Shown here: positions 9,912 to 19,946 of the stretch, one piece after another
How positions within the stretch are numbered: position 1 is the stretch's first letter
Layout of the letters: the number at the start of each line of letters is the position of its first letter
Source of the DNA: Methanomicrobiales archaeon
Lineage (GTDB): Archaea > Halobacteriota > Methanomicrobia > Methanomicrobiales > Methanospirillaceae
Assembly (NCBI GenBank): GCA_037137755.1
Contig: JBAXJR010000019.1
Span: 1 to 44,652 of the forward strand
Length of the DNA stretch: 44,652 nucleotides
Direction of reading: 5' to 3'
The notes under the pieces: model-generated
Told to the model about the DNA's origin: nothing
Database searches by the model: none
What the model saw: only the letters and a program-made list of their open reading frames with translations
Translations under genes and position numbers: made by a program

Positions 9912-11507
9912 GTGATGAAGGACACGGAGGAGAAAGATACAGGGCTGGACCCCGGGCATACCCCCGTGGGCAGGGACTTTATTGCGCCGTCCCTGCTGAC
10001 GTACCGGTTTTTTGAATGCACCGGCGCCGGGTTATTCATCGGAGATATCGTCCGGATACGTGATCCCGGGACCTCGTTTACATTCTTTGCAAAAGTCACC
10101 GGTCTCAGCCACAAAAAACATGAGCCATACCCTTCGGCCGTAACCTGCATACCGGGCAAGGGGTATGACGTCGAGGTTGAAGCATTCCCCCTTGGTTTTG
10201 TCGATGGGACTGGGAAATTCCAGCCCCCGGGGTTTATCCCTGGCTCCGGGTCCCAGGTAAGCAGGCCCTGTGCCGCCGATCTCGCCTTCATAACTGACGT
10301 AATGGGAGATATCGAAATCGGAGCGTTAAAATCCGGAATAGGCATCATTGAAGGCATACCGGTCGCTGTACCAAGCGAAGCGGCCCCCCAGCATGTAGGC
10401 ATTTTCGGCACGACGGGCATGGGAAAAAGTAACCTTATGAAAGTTTTTGCGGCGTCCTGTATGGATATCCGGAAACTCGGTCTCCTCATTGTTGACCCCC
10501 ACGGGGAGTATCTCATCGGGCATGGTAAGACCCGGGGCTCAATCGGGTTGCTGAATTATGCAGGCGGAAGAACCGGGTTGTCAGTATATTCCACCCGCCC
10601 TGCAGAGGAACGGGCCAGGTTCGGGATGGAAGAACTCACCATCGAGCATAATGACTTCCGGATGACCGACCTCGGGCTCATTTTCAACCTTTCCGATCCC
10701 ATGTGGGAAATTATAGAATCCCTTGACCCGTTTTCAGGGGATGAAATTATCGACTTTTTTGTCGCTGAAGGTGTAGAATCATTACCTTCACCACACAGGA
10801 TTACGAACCAGGAGAGCAGGTACCCGCATATCGTATATGCACTCCGCGGGGCAAGCAGCGGCAACCTGAAGGCAGTACAGAGCCGGATGAGTCTTCTTAT
10901 CAGTGAAACTGCGTTATTCCTCCGGCGTAACGGGTCATCAATCCCCGGAATAATCCGCGATCTCATGGACAACAAGGTTGTCCTTGTCGATGCGCCCCTG
11001 ATGGGGGAAAGCACTGAGTTACTGCTGCTCTCTGCCATTACGCGGGGCATTATGAAGGCGTACCAGGAATCTGCCATGTCTGCGGTCATGGGCCCGGAAA
11101 AAATGGAACATACCGTCCTGATCGCAATTGAGGAGGCACAGCGGATACTTTCTACAGGCGGACATAAAACCCATATATTCCGGGAATGTGCCATTGAAGG
11201 TCGAAAATTCGGTGTTGGCCTTTGTATTATCACCCAGCACCCGAAAAATATCGACCCCCGCATCCTCGCCCAGATTAATACCTACATCGTCCTCGGTCTT
11301 TCGGACCGGAATGACAGGGCAATGATCGCATCCAGCGCTAAACAGGACCTTTCCTGGATGGATATGGAGATCCAGACCCTCCGGAGGGGTGATGCCGTAA
11401 TCAGTACCTCAGGTATTGTGTTCCCGGTGAGTGCCCGGGTCCACCGTTTCGAGCATTATGTCCCATACCTGGAAGAAAAACGGAGTAAGGCAGACCCAGG
11501 GAATTAA
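9912..11507 (+). CDS. HerA/FtsK-superfamily ATPase (DUF87/HerA-like)
   Basis: HVGIFGTTGMGKSN (Walker A), VDPHGEY, IAIEEAQ (Walker B), EGRKFG arginine finger, ITQHP; N-terminal beta-barrel-like region. Confidence 0.88.
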   Translation: MMKDTEEKDTGLDPGHTPVGRDFIAPSLLTYRFFECTGAGLFIGDIVRIRDPGTSFTFFAKVTGLSHKKHEPYPSAVTCIPGKGYDVEVEAFPLGFVDGTGKFQPPGFIPGSGSQVSRPCAADLAFITDVMGDIEIGALKSGIGIIEGIPVAVPSEAAPQHVGIFGTTGMGKSNLMKVFAASCMDIRKLGLLIVDPHGEYLIGHGKTRGSIGLLNYAGGRTGLSVYSTRPAEERARFGMEELTIEHNDFRMTDLGLIFNLSDPMWEIIESLDPFSGDEIIDFFVAEGVESLPSPHRITNQESRYPHIVYALRGASSGNLKAVQSRMSLLISETALFLRRNGSSIPGIIRDLMDNKVVLVDAPLMGESTELLLLSAITRGIMKAYQESAMSAVMGPEKMEHTVLIAIEEAQRILSTGGHKTHIFRECAIEGRKFGVGLCIITQHPKNIDPRILAQINTYIVLGLSDRNDRAMIASSAKQDLSWMDMEIQTLRRGDAVISTSGIVFPVSARVHRFEHYVPYLEEKRSKADPGN

Positions 11508-11830
11508 TTCCTGTTTTTAGATTACGTTCGCTCACATGAACACGGAGCATCGATCCGGCGCTGAAGGTAAACCGGAAGAAGTACAGACCGGTTATTAGTT
11601 TGGAAGGAGGCACCAGCTGGACGTATAGGTGTATACCAGGAGGGATTCAACCACTCTTATGTGCCTGATTAACAAAAATACTCCTGTTTGCTTTCAATTG
11701 CCAACAGGTCCGGATGAACCGTTATAAGAGTCTTACCGTATAATCCCGGCATTGGAAAACGGTATTACCACTCCTTTGCTCGCAATCCAGGATTCGAAAA
11801 AACTACTCCGCAATCCAATGTAATGCCGGA

Positions 11831-12580
11831 TCAATCTGAAAAATATCGTGTTTGTGCTGATTGAGAGACTACAGATCCGGATTTCCTTCCGTGCGGGCAG
11901 ATATACAGGCACAAGCCGCACACTGCAACGGTCCTGGACTTCTCTGTCTCCCGAAAATACCGGTCACAGGTTGCGGCATCGAAGCGTGCCTCACGCGGCT
12001 CATCGCGGTGAAACGGTCTTCCGGTGAAGGCCTGCTGTGGGCAGATATCCACGCACGCGGTACACGCACCGCATTGTGATTCAACAGGTGATCCGGTCGG
12101 GCGGAGTGGCGCATCGGTAAGAACGGTGACCCAACGAACGCGTGGGCCGTGATCAGGGGTGATAAGCAGGCAGCTCTTCCCGATCCAGCCCAGTCCTGCA
12201 AGGCTGGCTGCGAGTTTATGGGAGAATATACCGCTGATATGATCGTCGTCTGTCCGCTTTGATGCCGGGATTGGGAACGTATCGAACCCGGCCAGCTGGA
12301 GCGTGTTTGCAACCCGGAGCGCAACCTGGTCAAGAGCCTCGTTTACTACATCGTAGCTGTTGTGACGGTACAGGATTGCGGCGGCAGGGTCATCTTCCGG
12401 CAGGAGATCAACAAGGCTATCCTGCAACACGATACCGATGGTGATCGCTCTCGGATACCGGGCAACGCGTTCCCCTCCCTGTGCAAGGATAGCGTCATAC
12501 GCAGATGAGAGATCCGCAACACCGAAATAGTCAGCATCGAGTGAGTAAGCGAGTGTCCTGATATGTGCATCCAGGTCCAT
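11831..12580 (-). CDS. QueG-like / reductive-dehalogenase-like 4Fe-4S protein
   Basis: FSHKLAASLAGLGWIGKSCLLITPDHGPRVRW and CGACTACVDICP...C...CGLCLYICP ferredoxin motifs. Start could be 12580 or 12616. Confidence 0.82.
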   Translation of the reverse strand: MDLDAHIRTLAYSLDADYFGVADLSSAYDAILAQGGERVARYPRAITIGIVLQDSLVDLLPEDDPAAAILYRHNSYDVVNEALDQVALRVANTLQLAGFDTFPIPASKRTDDDHISGIFSHKLAASLAGLGWIGKSCLLITPDHGPRVRWVTVLTDAPLRPTGSPVESQCGACTACVDICPQQAFTGRPFHRDEPREARFDAATCDRYFRETEKSRTVAVCGLCLYICPHGRKSGSVVSQSAQTRYFSD

Positions 12581-12650
12581 TGGCATCAGATATGTACCGG
12601 AAGGAGTTGCTGGCATTTCAGAATAGCGGTTCAGCTCAACAGGGAGCGGG

Positions 12651-14108
12651 GTGGTACATTATAGTCAGACAGACCAGAAAACCGCAGATAAAAATCATCA
12701 TCATCCTATGTACCCAACATTTCCTTCAATGCACGGGGATAGCAAGAAACGGGTCATTCTGGTGGTCGCCTCACTAGCGTCCTTCCTCGTCCCTTATACC
12801 GTCTCTTCACTGAATGTGGCGCTACCGGCCATCAGTTCGTCGTTTCACATCGACGCCGTGATGCTGGGCTGGGTTACTTCAGCATACCTGCTGACCGCCG
12901 CGATCTGCATTGTCCCGTTTGGCAGGCTTGCCGACATATACGGGCGGAAACGGTTTTTCATCCTGGGAAATCTCCTTTTCGCGTTGGGATCGCTCCTTGC
13001 GGCCATCGCGTGGTCGGGTCCTGTCATAATCGCTGCCCGGGTCATCCAGGCCCTCGGCGGTGCGATGGTATTCTCAACATCTATTGCGATTGTCACCTCG
13101 GTCTTCCCGCCAGGGGAACGGGGAAAGGCGATCGGTATCATCACGGCAACAGTGTATGCCGGGCTCTCCCTGGGGCCATTCATCGGCGGCGTACTTACCT
13201 ACCACATCGGGTGGCCCAGCATATTCCTGGTAAATATCCCGCTCGCAATCCTCGTAGTCGTGCTCACTGTGCTGTATGTTCCGGGGGAATGGACCGAGAC
13301 GAGCGGGGGGCGTTTCGATCTGACGGGTGCCGCCCTGTACAGCGTTATGCTGTTTGGCTGTATCTATGGCCTCACCCTGCTACCGTCACTTCCAGGTATC
13401 TCCTGGATGCTGCTCGGCCTTGCGGTCCTCGCCCTGTTTATCTGGTGGGAGCAGCGCATACCCGCACCGCTGGTCGAGATCTCGTTGTTCAAAAAGAGCC
13501 CGGTCTTTCTCTTTTCCAATATCGCAGCCCTGATCAATTATGCGATGGTCTTTGCAGTCGGGTTCCTCCTCAGCCTGTACCTGCAGTACAACCGGGGTAT
13601 CGATCCCCAGACCACAGGGCTGATCCTCATCGCACAGCCGGTTGTCCAGATGGTCATCTCCCCGGTTGCAGGCCATCTCTCGGACAGGATCGAACCCCGG
13701 GTCCTTGCCACGGTCGGGATGGCGTGCAGCACGGCCGGTCTTGGAATCCTGATGTTCCTCTCCCCGGGAACCCCGCTCGCAGTCATTATAGGGGGGCAGG
13801 TTATTCTCGGCCTCGGGTATGGCTTGTTCTCATCGCCAAACACCAATGCGATCATGAGTTCCGTGGAGGTGCGTTACCTCGGTCTCGCGTCCAGCATGGT
13901 CTCCACGATGAGGGCCATCGGCCAGATGCTCAGCCTTGCCATCGCTATGCTGGTGTTTTCTGCGGTCATCGGCATGGTGCCTATCACTCCTGAGGTTTAT
14001 CCCGATCTTCAGCAGAGTGTCACCATCGCGTTTGCGATCTTTTTCGTCATCGGCCTGGTTGGTATTGCCGCATCGTATGCACGGGGGACGGGGCATGAAA
14101 GCCACTGA
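12651..14108 (+). CDS. MFS transporter (DHA2-like drug/H+ antiporter)
   Basis: GRLADIYGRKR MFS motif A, ERGKAIG, GPFIGG motif C, many TM segments. True start may be 12708 or 12729. Confidence 0.92.
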   Translation: MVHYSQTDQKTADKNHHHPMYPTFPSMHGDSKKRVILVVASLASFLVPYTVSSLNVALPAISSSFHIDAVMLGWVTSAYLLTAAICIVPFGRLADIYGRKRFFILGNLLFALGSLLAAIAWSGPVIIAARVIQALGGAMVFSTSIAIVTSVFPPGERGKAIGIITATVYAGLSLGPFIGGVLTYHIGWPSIFLVNIPLAILVVVLTVLYVPGEWTETSGGRFDLTGAALYSVMLFGCIYGLTLLPSLPGISWMLLGLAVLALFIWWEQRIPAPLVEISLFKKSPVFLFSNIAALINYAMVFAVGFLLSLYLQYNRGIDPQTTGLILIAQPVVQMVISPVAGHLSDRIEPRVLATVGMACSTAGLGILMFLSPGTPLAVIIGGQVILGLGYGLFSSPNTNAIMSSVEVRYLGLASSMVSTMRAIGQMLSLAIAMLVFSAVIGMVPITPEVYPDLQQSVTIAFAIFFVIGLVGIAASYARGTGHESH

Positions 14109-14306
14109 GCCCCCGGAGTGTAGATAGCTTTGGAATATCCGGTTCAAAAAAATAGATTGGAGAGCGTTGGAACAAAGCCATAATAACGAAAAAAATGGTG
14201 TTCCACCGGAGGGTTTCCATGATCGTTTCTATGATCGCGGGGTTTAACACCCCTGATCGGTGTGGACTTGGGGATTACGGAGATCTTAATTCCATTTCCC
14301 CGGGGT

Positions 14307-15113
14307 TCATTTTCGGGCGGTTGCCTTGAAAAACGTGTAACAGAAGACACCGCCAGCCCCGGCGGTGCGGTAGAGTGCCGCAATTCCACGGCCCCATTCA
14401 TCAGCACTCATCAGCCCCTGTTTCACCACGTCCAGGCCAATCCCTTCGACCATCGCGGTGAAGGTACGTTTCGTAAACCCTTCCACGAGAACCGGGTGGG
14501 AATCATCCACGTATACCATCCGCGGGGAGACGTGGACATCATGGTACCCGGCGCTACTGACCAACGGAAAGAGTTCTCTCCCGATTAAGGCATTGCCACC
14601 CACCTGCTGCTGGAGATGTACGAGACACTGCACAGCCCGGCGGGCGTCCACATCTTCAGGATGGAAGAAAGCAGAGCCGTGATCCCCTTCAATCACCGTA
14701 ATGCTCCCGCCTTCTTTGAGGAGGGGGCGGAGCTTTTTGAGCGCCCTGACAGGTTCTGAAAGGTGTTCCAGCACGAAACAGACAAATATATGGTCAAAAC
14801 TGCCACGTGCAAACGGAAGCCGGAAGATGTCCCCCTGCCGGAATGTGACGTTATTGATCCCTTCCTGCCGTATCTTCTCCCCGGCGCATTGCAGGGATTC
14901 GTCCGATATATCCACGGAAGTAATCAGCGCCCCGGGGCTGTTTCCTGCGAGGATTACAGTCTGGGCTCCGGTACCACATCCTGCCTCCAGGACACGTGAG
15001 CCGGCGGGATAGCGGGTATCGTAATGGAGGAGTGAGGTCAGTGTCTCTGCCTGGTCAGCGAGCCGTTCCGACTCTCTCGGTGAATATCCATGGACATAAG
15101 GGTTTTCTTTCAT
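14307..15113 (-). CDS. Class I SAM-dependent methyltransferase
   Basis: VLEAGCGTG motif I, SVDIS, GSFDHIFVCFVLEH, LKEGG. Confidence 0.9.
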   Translation of the reverse strand: MKENPYVHGYSPRESERLADQAETLTSLLHYDTRYPAGSRVLEAGCGTGAQTVILAGNSPGALITSVDISDESLQCAGEKIRQEGINNVTFRQGDIFRLPFARGSFDHIFVCFVLEHLSEPVRALKKLRPLLKEGGSITVIEGDHGSAFFHPEDVDARRAVQCLVHLQQQVGGNALIGRELFPLVSSAGYHDVHVSPRMVYVDDSHPVLVEGFTKRTFTAMVEGIGLDVVKQGLMSADEWGRGIAALYRTAGAGGVFCYTFFKATARK

Positions 15114-15153
15114 ATGTTCTCCGGCCCTCTATGGAATAAGTATTGTCCACCCA

Positions 15154-15717
15154 TCAGAATAGCATGTTGCTTCGCGTAATGCCTGACGGAATAGTCCTGG
15201 AAACACTCATTGGTGCTCCTGATTCCGGCAACATCTCAAGGGTAAAGAAGTCATCCGGGAACAGGGGGTAGGACGGACAGGCGAGAAAGGTAATAATCTT
15301 GTTACTATTGACGAGATCTCCCGGATCCGGTATGGAATTTTCATCCAGGATTGACCACTCCCCGGCCACAGGAGCTGACCTGGTAAAATTCAGCTTGACC
15401 GGGGTCACATTATTGGTACTCCATGTTATCGAAATCCTGGAATAGTCCACCGATTGCCCCCCGATTGCAGGACCAATATCGAACCGGATTTGTTCAATAT
15501 TTGTGGTATCATTATTCGCGATACCAAATATATCCCCCTTGACCGCAATATTCCCTGATGTCTGGGCTATACCTGCCTGGATGACCTGCTGGCTTTTTTG
15601 TGTACTAAAAAACCCTGCCCCAAGCATTACATATGAGAATACCGCAGCTACGACAACGAATGCAATCAGGACCATGGCTGCCTCAAGACCTGTGAATGAT
15701 TCATTGTCCATGGCCAA
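15154..15717 (-). CDS. flaB: Archaellin (archaeal flagellin)-like protein
   Basis: Class III signal/N-terminal helix FTGLEAAMVLIAFVVVAAVFSYVMLGAGFFSTQKS, and C-terminal P-x-x-G-A...R-T-I-P motif. Confidence 0.88.
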   Translation of the reverse strand: MAMDNESFTGLEAAMVLIAFVVVAAVFSYVMLGAGFFSTQKSQQVIQAGIAQTSGNIAVKGDIFGIANNDTTNIEQIRFDIGPAIGGQSVDYSRISITWSTNNVTPVKLNFTRSAPVAGEWSILDENSIPDPGDLVNSNKIITFLACPSYPLFPDDFFTLEMLPESGAPMSVSRTIPSGITRSNMLF

Positions 15718-15853
15718 ATTCCACCATACCCCTGGCTCCGAAGATCTTTACCCTGCTGGGCTGATATATATGTTGGGATTCCCATAACGTTCCTTGTTAC
15801 GTTGGAAGAGTTATTCCGAAAACGGCTAATGTGATTATCGACAATAGGGGATC

Positions 15854-16045
15854 ATGGTTGACATTTTTACTATTTCATTTATCCTGCTGGGCGGTCTCAT
15901 CTTTATTTTTCCCATAATGATTTTTGTAAGTTCATCTTTTTTTGCCCCTGAATGGATAATTTTTATGGTTATTGGTGTCTGCATGATAGTATTAGGAATT
16001 AAATGGCACTTTGGGCTGCGATTTAAAATAGGGAAGGACGAGTAA
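15854..16045 (+). CDS. Small two-TM membrane protein
   Basis: 63 aa, two hydrophobic helices, SD-like GGGGA upstream. Confidence 0.6.
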   Translation: MVDIFTISFILLGGLIFIFPIMIFVSSSFFAPEWIIFMVIGVCMIVLGIKWHFGLRFKIGKDE

Positions 16046-16137
16046 TAACACTCCGGGGATCATATTGCCACCTTTCGCATCACGGCAGTAATGCTGCCAC
16101 TGGCGTTACTGGATGTTGATAACACAGCAGAAAAATT

Positions 16138-16170
16138 TGAGCCCGGGACGGGTAACACGCCCCGGACTCA
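16138..16170. terminator. Imperfect inverted repeat between convergent genes
   Basis: TGAGCCCGGGACG...CGCCCCGGACTCA (11/13 complementary) between the 3' ends of the 15854(+) and 16196(-) genes. Terminator role is inferred from position. Confidence 0.35.
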
Positions 16171-16195
16171 TGTTAGTCCTGTATTCGATACGTTT

Positions 16196-16636
16196 TCATT
16201 TCCCGGAAGTTCCGCCCGGGAATGACTGTCCGGCGTCCTGTCCTTCGTAGGGCATTGAGAAGTGTATCTGTTCAAACCGCCAGGCCCTGCCGGTATTTTT
16301 CAGTACGGCCGTCATCCTTCCAAGCATCCTGAGCTGGTTATCACCGATAATTGCAGAAAATTCACTCCAGCAGGTGACCCAGGCGATCCGGCCCTCTCCG
16401 TTGATACTCATTGCTGGAAACCCGAGATATACAGACTTTGCCTGCTTAAAATCACGTGCAACTCCAACAAGGAACTCATTTTTGCCCTGGAACACTTCAT
16501 CGGGACCACTTCCAAAACCGATTACGTCAGGGGAGCAGATCCGGGCAAGTGCCAGGTTATCTTTTTTATGGTATGCTTCTGCATAGAACGCAAACGTCTC
16601 AATAATTTCCAGTTCCTGCTTTTCTGATAATGCCAT
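16196..16636 (-). CDS. SnoaL_3/NTF2-family protein
   Basis: GFGSGPDE...GRIAWV...GRMTAVL...WRFEQIHFSMP pattern. Confidence 0.82.
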   Translation of the reverse strand: MALSEKQELEIIETFAFYAEAYHKKDNLALARICSPDVIGFGSGPDEVFQGKNEFLVGVARDFKQAKSVYLGFPAMSINGEGRIAWVTCWSEFSAIIGDNQLRMLGRMTAVLKNTGRAWRFEQIHFSMPYEGQDAGQSFPGGTSGK

Positions 16637-16875
16637 ATAATGCCCTTGTTCACCGGTTTATTTAAACTATTCAATTTAGACCGGGGGTACTATCAGGATT
16701 ACTTCTGCCGTTACTGCAGATGAAGGATGGATCGCCAGTAAACAATCGCCCTATCCAACCTGGAACCGCTGAAAAATTCGTAACTCCCATTACATTCTGA
16801 ATAACTGCCCGGGGAGCAGTTGATGAATGATGGAAATAAAAGAAATGAAAATGACCGGGAAGTTCTTTTTTCCGA

Positions 16876-17466
16876 TCATCCAAGAGGGGCAACGGTCCTG
16901 CCGTAAATATCATTTAAGACAGGTGCAAGTGCGGTATAAATGGCCGCAAATCCGCTGATTATTCCTACATACCCTCCGATCATGGTGAGAGTGCTGTTCC
17001 CGGTTGCAGCCCCTGCGGCGAGCAGGAAGAAGAGAAGGGCAAGCGTTCCAAGTACAAACTGAAGCGCTTTCGACATCTTTAAAGAGCCGATGAACAGGAT
17101 TGTTGTGAAAATACCCCATAATGCAAGGTATGCTGCGATTGCACCCGGACCACCGGTCGTCTTTGCAAGACCCAGCACCGGGAGAAGGAGCAACGCCCCG
17201 AACGAGAACCAGAACAGTCCGTACGATGCATATGCTACCATCCCGTAGGTATTTCCTTTCTTCCATTCCATAAGGCCGGCAACAAATTGCGCGATCCCAC
17301 CATAAAAGATGACCATGCCGAGGATCATCGATCCAACTTCGATCAACCCGGCGTTTGCAAGGCCAAGGAGGACACCCGTCATCCCATATCCCAGGAGACC
17401 AAGTGCTCCGGCTCCCGCAGTGATATCCTTTATTTTAATAACTGACTCTCTCTCGTGTTCGCTCAT
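16876..17466 (-). CDS. satP: SatP/YaaH (GPR1/FUN34) acetate/carboxylate channel family
   Basis: Six TM segments, FYGGIAQFVAGLMEWKKGNTYG, SYGLFW, C-terminal GRTVAPLG. SD GAGGAG upstream of ATG 17466. The N-terminal signature is atypical (see findings). Confidence 0.88.
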   Translation of the reverse strand: MSEHERESVIKIKDITAGAGALGLLGYGMTGVLLGLANAGLIEVGSMILGMVIFYGGIAQFVAGLMEWKKGNTYGMVAYASYGLFWFSFGALLLLPVLGLAKTTGGPGAIAAYLALWGIFTTILFIGSLKMSKALQFVLGTLALLFFLLAAGAATGNSTLTMIGGYVGIISGFAAIYTALAPVLNDIYGRTVAPLG

Positions 17467-18074
17467 AACAATGCTCCTCATTCGAGTAACGTCAACCGTA
17501 AGACGGGATTGTATATATGGAAGATGATTTCCTTCTCCTCATCAATATTTAAATGGACGTATAGTGCAACCGCACACCGATAGGGTACAGCGGCAACAAC
17601 AGGTTATGAGGGTGTATAGGTAGGTGGTTAATGGTAGAGGAAAATCAATTGAAAATACCAAGGTTTCTGATGGTGCGCAACGGGCACTGAATTGTTCCCT
17701 TACAACCCTAGGACATCCCTCATTAACGTTTGGAAATCCTGCGAATCCTGACATTCCTTGATGATCCAAGAGATGAGTGGACATAGATATTCCCGGACAT
17801 TCATACGAATGATGGATGAACGGTAACAGGACGGACGCAGGCTCAATAGCTGCCGGGATTAAAAAAGCAGTTCTGGATAAAAAAGCCTTTTTTGCGAGGT
17901 ATTTTAATGAAAACCTCAATTTCCATAATTTCCAATGAAAAGGTAACCGGCATTTTCATTTTGTATGCTTGTGTCACAGATGAGAATCATGTATGTTTTC
18001 ATGTGACCCAGGCATTCCCTTGGTATAAAACCATATGCAACCTTTATTCCCGGTGTGGTTTCAACTACTAGTTC

Positions 18075-19736
18075 ATGCCGACGACGACCGGGGTAAGTCT
18101 GAAACGCTACAAGGAGATCGCGGAGGTACTGTATGAATGGGGATTTGTCTCGACGGTCCTCGAGGACCTCTCACCGGGCCTGAGAAACATGGATATCAGT
18201 ACAAGGCTCCACCCTCAGATCCGTGGTATGACCGTATATGAACGAATGCGCCATGTCCTTGAGGACCTGGGCCCGACATTCGTAAAATTCGGCCAGATCC
18301 TCTCTACCCGGCGGGAGATGATATCCCCGGAGATGTATGATGAACTGGTAAAACTCCAGGACAAGGTACCACCGGTTCCATTCGAAGAGCTCCGTGCTAC
18401 CGTGGAGCAATATTGCGGCCCTATTGACGAGGTATTCCTTGAGTTTGATACGAAGCCCTTTGCTGCTGCTTCGGTATCACAGGTACATAGGGCTGTGCTC
18501 AGGGACGGTACCGTTGTTGCAATTAAAATCCGTCGTCCCGGCATCAGGGAGGCAATCGAGACCGACCTGCCGCTCTTCGAGGCTATGGCAGAGAGGATCG
18601 AGAAACTTTCGCCGGATGCACGGGTATTCAACCCGAAGATCATGGTACAGGAGTTTGCAGTCCAGATCCGGAAGGAACTTGATTTCACCCATGAAGGAAA
18701 GAATTCAGAGATTATTGCGGCCAGCATGGCCGATATCCCGGAGATAAAAATCCCGAAGATCTTCTGGCAATACTCTGGGGAAAAGGTCCTCACCATGGAA
18801 TTCGTTGATGGGTGCCGAGTTGACGATGTTGATAGTATCAGGGCATATGGTGTGGACTCTGTGCACATCGCGGATGTTGGGTTTCATGCATATATCAGGC
18901 AGATATTCCGTGACGGGTTTTTCCATGCCGACCCTCACCCGGGTAACCTCCTCGTCTCCCCCAAAGGCCAGCTGATATTTCTTGACTTCGGTATGGTCGT
19001 CCTTATCAGGCCGGAACGGCGAAAGATCTTCATCAAGGTCCTGATGTCTATCGTCGGGTGCGATGTCGATACCTTGGTCGAAAGTTTCGAGAAACTCGGA
19101 ATTGAATTCAGGCCGGAAGATATTGAACCATTAAAAGACGAACTGTACGCCGCCCTTCGTGAGTACCAGACTTCTGAACTCGGCCAGCTGAATATCGGGA
19201 GTGCCATGGATTCCCTGCCAAAAATCATGCAGAAATATGACGTGGCGGTACCGGGTTCCCTGATGATGGTGCTCAAGGTTATCTGGATGATCTTTGCTGT
19301 CGCGGTAAAACTAGACCCGGGGTTCAATTTCAACCAGAGAGTTAAGCCCTATTTCGATGAGATTATTGAGGGGAGTTACCTTTCGCCCGATACCCTGAAA
19401 AAACTCCCGCTCTCGTTCATGGAAATGGCGGAGGGGGTAATGAACATCCCGAAGGCACTTAATCATACCCTCAATACCCTTGGGAAAGGCGATTTCAAAC
19501 TGGAGGTCGAGGTCGATGACATGAAGACCCTGGCCACCAGTATCCAGCAGGCATCGGGCAGGGTAATGATTGCAGTGATTATTGCGGCTATCGTTGTTGG
19601 TTCTTCGATCGTGGTTCACGCCCTCTCATCAGGTACGGTGATAATGGGCAACCTTTTCTATGCAGTCTTCATGGTATATTTCATCGCGATCATTGTCGGC
19701 ATCATAGCCCTGTATACCACGGTGGTAAAAAAATAG
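18075..19736 (+). CDS. ABC1/UbiB/AarF-family atypical kinase
   Basis: LGPTFVKFGQ, AAASVSQVH, VAIKIR, FHADPHPGN, LDFG, and C-terminal TM helices. Confidence 0.93.
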   Translation: MPTTTGVSLKRYKEIAEVLYEWGFVSTVLEDLSPGLRNMDISTRLHPQIRGMTVYERMRHVLEDLGPTFVKFGQILSTRREMISPEMYDELVKLQDKVPPVPFEELRATVEQYCGPIDEVFLEFDTKPFAAASVSQVHRAVLRDGTVVAIKIRRPGIREAIETDLPLFEAMAERIEKLSPDARVFNPKIMVQEFAVQIRKELDFTHEGKNSEIIAASMADIPEIKIPKIFWQYSGEKVLTMEFVDGCRVDDVDSIRAYGVDSVHIADVGFHAYIRQIFRDGFFHADPHPGNLLVSPKGQLIFLDFGMVVLIRPERRKIFIKVLMSIVGCDVDTLVESFEKLGIEFRPEDIEPLKDELYAALREYQTSELGQLNIGSAMDSLPKIMQKYDVAVPGSLMMVLKVIWMIFAVAVKLDPGFNFNQRVKPYFDEIIEGSYLSPDTLKKLPLSFMEMAEGVMNIPKALNHTLNTLGKGDFKLEVEVDDMKTLATSIQQASGRVMIAVIIAAIVVGSSIVVHALSSGTVIMGNLFYAVFMVYFIAIIVGIIALYTTVVKK

Positions 19737-19757
19737 GGTTTGGCCGGGACCCGGGGA

Positions 19758-19946
19758 TCATACACTTTTTACGAGTTTCCATCCAAAAAACAGAGCCACA
19801 ATTCCGAGCAGGAGGCAGAGGAACCCGATTATTTTCTCAAAGAAGAGCATGATGGCAGACAGGTTGAAGAGAAAGGCTATACCGACGATGACCAGGATAA
19901 TACCAACTATAAATGAGATAAGAGCAATCCAATCCATTGTTATCAT
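19758..19946 (-). CDS. Small two-TM membrane protein
   Basis: 62 aa, two hydrophobic helices. Confidence 0.6.
   Translation of the reverse strand: MITMDWIALISFIVGIILVIVGIAFLFNLSAIMLFFEKIIGFLCLLLGIVALFFGWKLVKSV

Noticed and set aside
13010-13993. Long alternative-frame and antisense ORFs (also 6366-7175, 9731-10516, 34126-34755, 40176-41195)
   Set aside because: They overlap well-supported genes and have no recognisable motifs; best explained as shadow ORFs.
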